A stretch of 44,197 nt of DNA from Tubiluchus corallicola. Lineage: Eukaryota > Animalia > Priapulida. Below the pieces are notes generated by a model that was given only the letters and a program-made list of their open reading frames with translations, made no database searches and had not been told where the DNA came from. Positions 39,333-44,197 of this stretch are shown in pieces. Position 1 is the stretch's first letter. Each line of letters opens with the position of its first letter. The translations under genes were made by a program, and so were the position numbers. The DNA is taken from assembly GCA_030141605.1 (NCBI GenBank), contig JAQGDQ010001368.1, positions 1-44,197 of the forward strand. The letters run 5' to 3'.

Positions 39333-41322
39333 CCAGAATTTCGCTAGCCTAGGTACCAGTGGCGTATCAACACTTTACGACGCCCTAGGTTAATGGTTCT
39401 CTCCCGTATGTTTCTATTGTGAATTTATAATTGTTTATGTAATGAGCAGGTTAAACAACTACTTGTGGTGTATTAGAAACAGTATTAGCCTTGTTTTTAC
39501 GTGGTCATTATTAATAAATGCATTTGCATGGGCGCTTATGTTCAAGCACGCTGCGCAACCGCTTGTTGTGTAATACCTTGTACCTGTTCGTTATGTGGCA
39601 CTTATATAGAAGCGGGGCTCAGTAACTGCCTGTGGTGTGTTACAAAGTGCGCCTTTTACATAGGATAAGATACACATTTTACGAGAATTTTCTCTAAAAT
39701 GTGGTGCCCTTCAAACATTTGTGCCATAGGCTATAGCCTAGTTAGGCTATTTGTTGATGCGCCCCTGCTAGGGCCACCAGAAAGTCATAATCCGGTGCTC
39801 CGTGTGACAAAAAACTGTATTTTTTTAATAATGCTACATAACATAGTAAAGCTGTCCCTTATTGTACCGAGTACGCGATTGTAGTATTATGTGATCCATT
39901 TAATTGTCAGTCTACTACACTAAAGTACTGAATTAGTCTATGCTGCCATCTACAGTCGTTGTTTTACTCTAATTGTACAAAGTTTGTCAGAGATTGATTT
40001 TTGTTTCTAAATATTGTTTCCTTTTGCTTTTATAGATATTCATTAATCAGAGTAATTAGGTTGTTAATTTCATGCTTTAATTCTGGTTCTAACTTTCTTA
40101 TTCAAGTTTAAATAGAGAAAAATTATAACATTATAACACAGCTTTCTGTAAACCAATAATCTTTATTCTGCTATCAAAGAAGCCAAGTAGACTTTGTTTT
40201 TTTAACTAGTAGTCTGTAGAGTATAGGTGACCTTTCCATTTATGGTCTGTATGCATGAATGTGATGTACCTGCCAATAGGAACTTGAATCTCTGGTCACG
40301 TGATTGCAGCTCTATTCTCTCAGGCATGCAAGTTTCAGTTGATCTAGAGACAGCATTGAGAAAGGATGCAAAATTTCTACTGTAAAATATCATATTGCTA
40401 ACTTTATGACTGTTTGTTCAATTTTGTGATTGAGGTGAACATTGTATACGTTTTACAATAAAATGATTGCAAATTTCTACATCAGCGCTATAAAAATGGA
40501 AAATACAATTGCACAACTCGAACAATATTTATTCTTGCCATTAAATAATTATTACAACACGTCTTAAAATTCATAATTACCGAAAGTGTTCCATTTGCAA
40601 AGTATCTCAGGCATTTAAGGCGCTCAAAATATGAACTGCAGCGCCACCAAACGTCAAAATTTTCAAAACACAAACAACATAATACATGTACAAAACACAA
40701 TACACAATTACGTACATAACGTCATACAAACGAAGCATTGTAATTCACAAATTATGTAATTCCAATGTATATCATATTATTACAGGAACAATTATAGAAT
40801 GTTTACCTTATGAAATGGAACCAATTACATATTTATAAGAACATAATGTAATACGCATGATATAATACAATTATAATTATAATTATGAATTAGATAATAA
40901 TTCTCAATCCATTTCTTTCCAAATTGCATTAATGGTTAAACATGGTTACAAAGGTTCGAACTCTGGAATACGGACTTATAATAAAATTTATGCGCTGTTT
41001 TGATTTACCAACGAGACTCCAATCCGCCACAAGTTGTTAAAGATACGCCAGCTTGTATTGGTTCACCAATGATCTCAACAGATGGCGCAGCAGTCGCTGC
41101 AAACAGTTGTGTTGGGCGTACGTGTGTATCGTTTGATGATTGTGCCTTTTCAGTGGTACGTGTGCTGCCACTCCTATAGTGACATGCATTTCAGCAGTTA
41201 CTGTACTGCTGTTAACAGTGTGCAATACGCCTATATGTAAATTCTATGCAAAATGTGGCGACGTCTACTGGCAAAAAGGAAAAGTATTACACGATGCACG
41301 CTCTTGAATCAACCAACAGTGG

Positions 41323-41522
41323 TTAATCTTCACTAGGCAAGGTGGCAAGGATGGCCTGCACTTGCTGTTTGGTCAGAGGAGCGGGCATACACTGTTCTTT
41401 TTGGACTTCTTTGCCCGGGCAGGTGCTGTCCTGGATCTTTAGCGATGGTGTGACCATGAATTCACCAGTTCGCCAACTGACCAAGTCTCCATTGATGTTG
41501 TTGCAGGTCTGATACATGGCAG
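41323..41522 (-). CDS. Pentraxin/LamG (ConA-like) domain protein, terminal coding exon
   Basis: Acceptor TTTTACTTATTTCTCATCAG|CT, phase 1; AMYQTCNNINGDLVSW matches the pentraxin C-terminal ..C...G.VISW pattern; stop TAA at 41323-41325. Confidence 0.8.
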
Positions 41523-41599
41523 CTGATGAGAAATAAGTAAAAGCAAGAAAATTGTGATAAGAATCAAATTAAAGTATAAATTTATTTACCACAAAAAAC

Positions 41600-41600
<1 letters not shown>

Positions 41601-41693
<93 letters not shown>

Positions 41694-42009
41694 CAGTAGT
41701 AGTAGCAGCAGCAGTAGCAGCAGTAGCAGTAGCAGTAGCAGTAGTAGCAGCAGTAGTAGCAGTAGTAGTAGCAGCAGCAGTAGTAGTAGCAGCAGCAGCA
41801 GCAGCAGCAGCAGCATCAGCAGTAGCAGCAGCAGCATCAGCAGCAGCAGTAGTAGCAGCAGCAGTAGTAGTAGCAGCAGCATCATCATCATCAGCAGCAG
41901 TAGCAGCAGCAGCAGTAGTAGTAGTAAGTAGTAGCAGCAGCATCATCATCAGCAGCAGCAGTAGCAGCAGCAGCAGCAGTAGTAGTAGTAGCAGTAGCAG
42001 CAGTAGTAG

Positions 42010-42040
<31 letters not shown>

Positions 42041-42070
42041 GGCAGTAGCAGCAGTAGTGGCAGTAGCAGT
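41601..42070. repeat. (TAG/CAG/CAT)n microsatellite, intronic
   Basis: Direct inspection; lies between the two pentraxin-like exons. Confidence 0.98.
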
Positions 42071-42297
42071 CCAAGACATTACATGAACATTACATAAATG
42101 AAAGAAAAACATTTGATAAAAATATTTACATCAATAAAACGACCGACTGGAAATATTAGCAAGTTACGGAAGCTCATAAATCACAACAGGAAAATACATT
42201 TCAGAATTCAAATTAAACACGTAAATTTCATAACTGGCCATGAAGACGCAGATTTAGGAAAAGCAAAATTTGACTAACGTTAATTGACGTTAATTAC

Positions 42298-42483
42298 CTA
42301 TTTGTTCTGCTGTTGAATACTTGTGTGACAGCGTGACGTCAGTAACGTTACCAACAAAGAACTGTTCTCTGTTCACATCACCTCTTGGGTTGTTATTCAG
42401 GTAGTTCACACCAAACTGAACCTCTTCATCGTCCAATCGAATGCCGCTTCTAAACTTGGATTGTATCTCAAAGCTTCCCGATT
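42298..42483 (-). CDS. Pentraxin/LamG-like domain protein, penultimate exon
   Basis: TATTTTCGTTCAG|...|GTAATT, phase 1-1; FRSGIRL...FG...EQFFVGNVTDVTLSHKYSTAEQI resembles pentraxin QSFVGEI.DVN.W..VLS.EEI; joins in frame to 41522. Confidence 0.8.
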
Positions 42484-42507
42484 CTGAACGAAAATACATG
42501 TGTAAAT

Positions 42508-42560
<53 letters not shown>

Positions 42561-42734
42561 CGACAACGATACGTGTGTAAATATGTTCGTTTGTTATGTG
42601 TGGGATGCTTTGTCAGGATGGCGGGGTCGGTCACTGGTCAGTTGGCTAGTCGTTTATTTGTTTCGTTTTCGTTCGTTCGTTTTCTTGCACCTCTAAGTTG
42701 ATGCATTCAGTCTCCACTAAGCTAACAAAAAATG

Positions 42735-44197
<1,463 letters not shown>

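Noticed and set aside
42690-42722. Possible micro-exon of the pentraxin-like gene (TTAG|...|GTGC)
   Set aside because: The frame needed to join the phase-1 exon at 42483 contains a TGA stop, and the donor is weak

Overview
AT-rich, repeat-dense eukaryotic genomic DNA, most likely from a marine invertebrate (5S rRNA fragments look lophotrochozoan-like; this is inference). All supportable protein-coding sequence is on the minus strand: (1) a spliced MS4A/CD20-like four-TM gene (coding exons 13893-14003 and 9395-9856); (2) two small, intronless, Ser/Arg-rich paralogues (25058-25519 and 31857-32267) that share an identical N-terminus MAFMVPHVKNNYDLY and an SRRRTVSERPR motif encoded by synonymously diverged codons, with matching TATA/CCAAT/E-box promoters and five perfect NFI-type palindromes around them; (3) the last two exons of a pentraxin/LamG-like domain gene (42298-42483, 41323-41522). 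The rest is non-autonomous DNA transposons (piggyBac-, Kolobok-, hAT- and Tc1/pogo-like MITEs with visible TIRs and TSDs), LINE 3' remnants, one solo LTR, 5S- and tRNA-derived fragments, minisatellites and microsatellites. Most long ORFs in the supplied track are repeat artefacts. The paralogue pair and its regulatory surroundings are the best candidate for an undescribed system.
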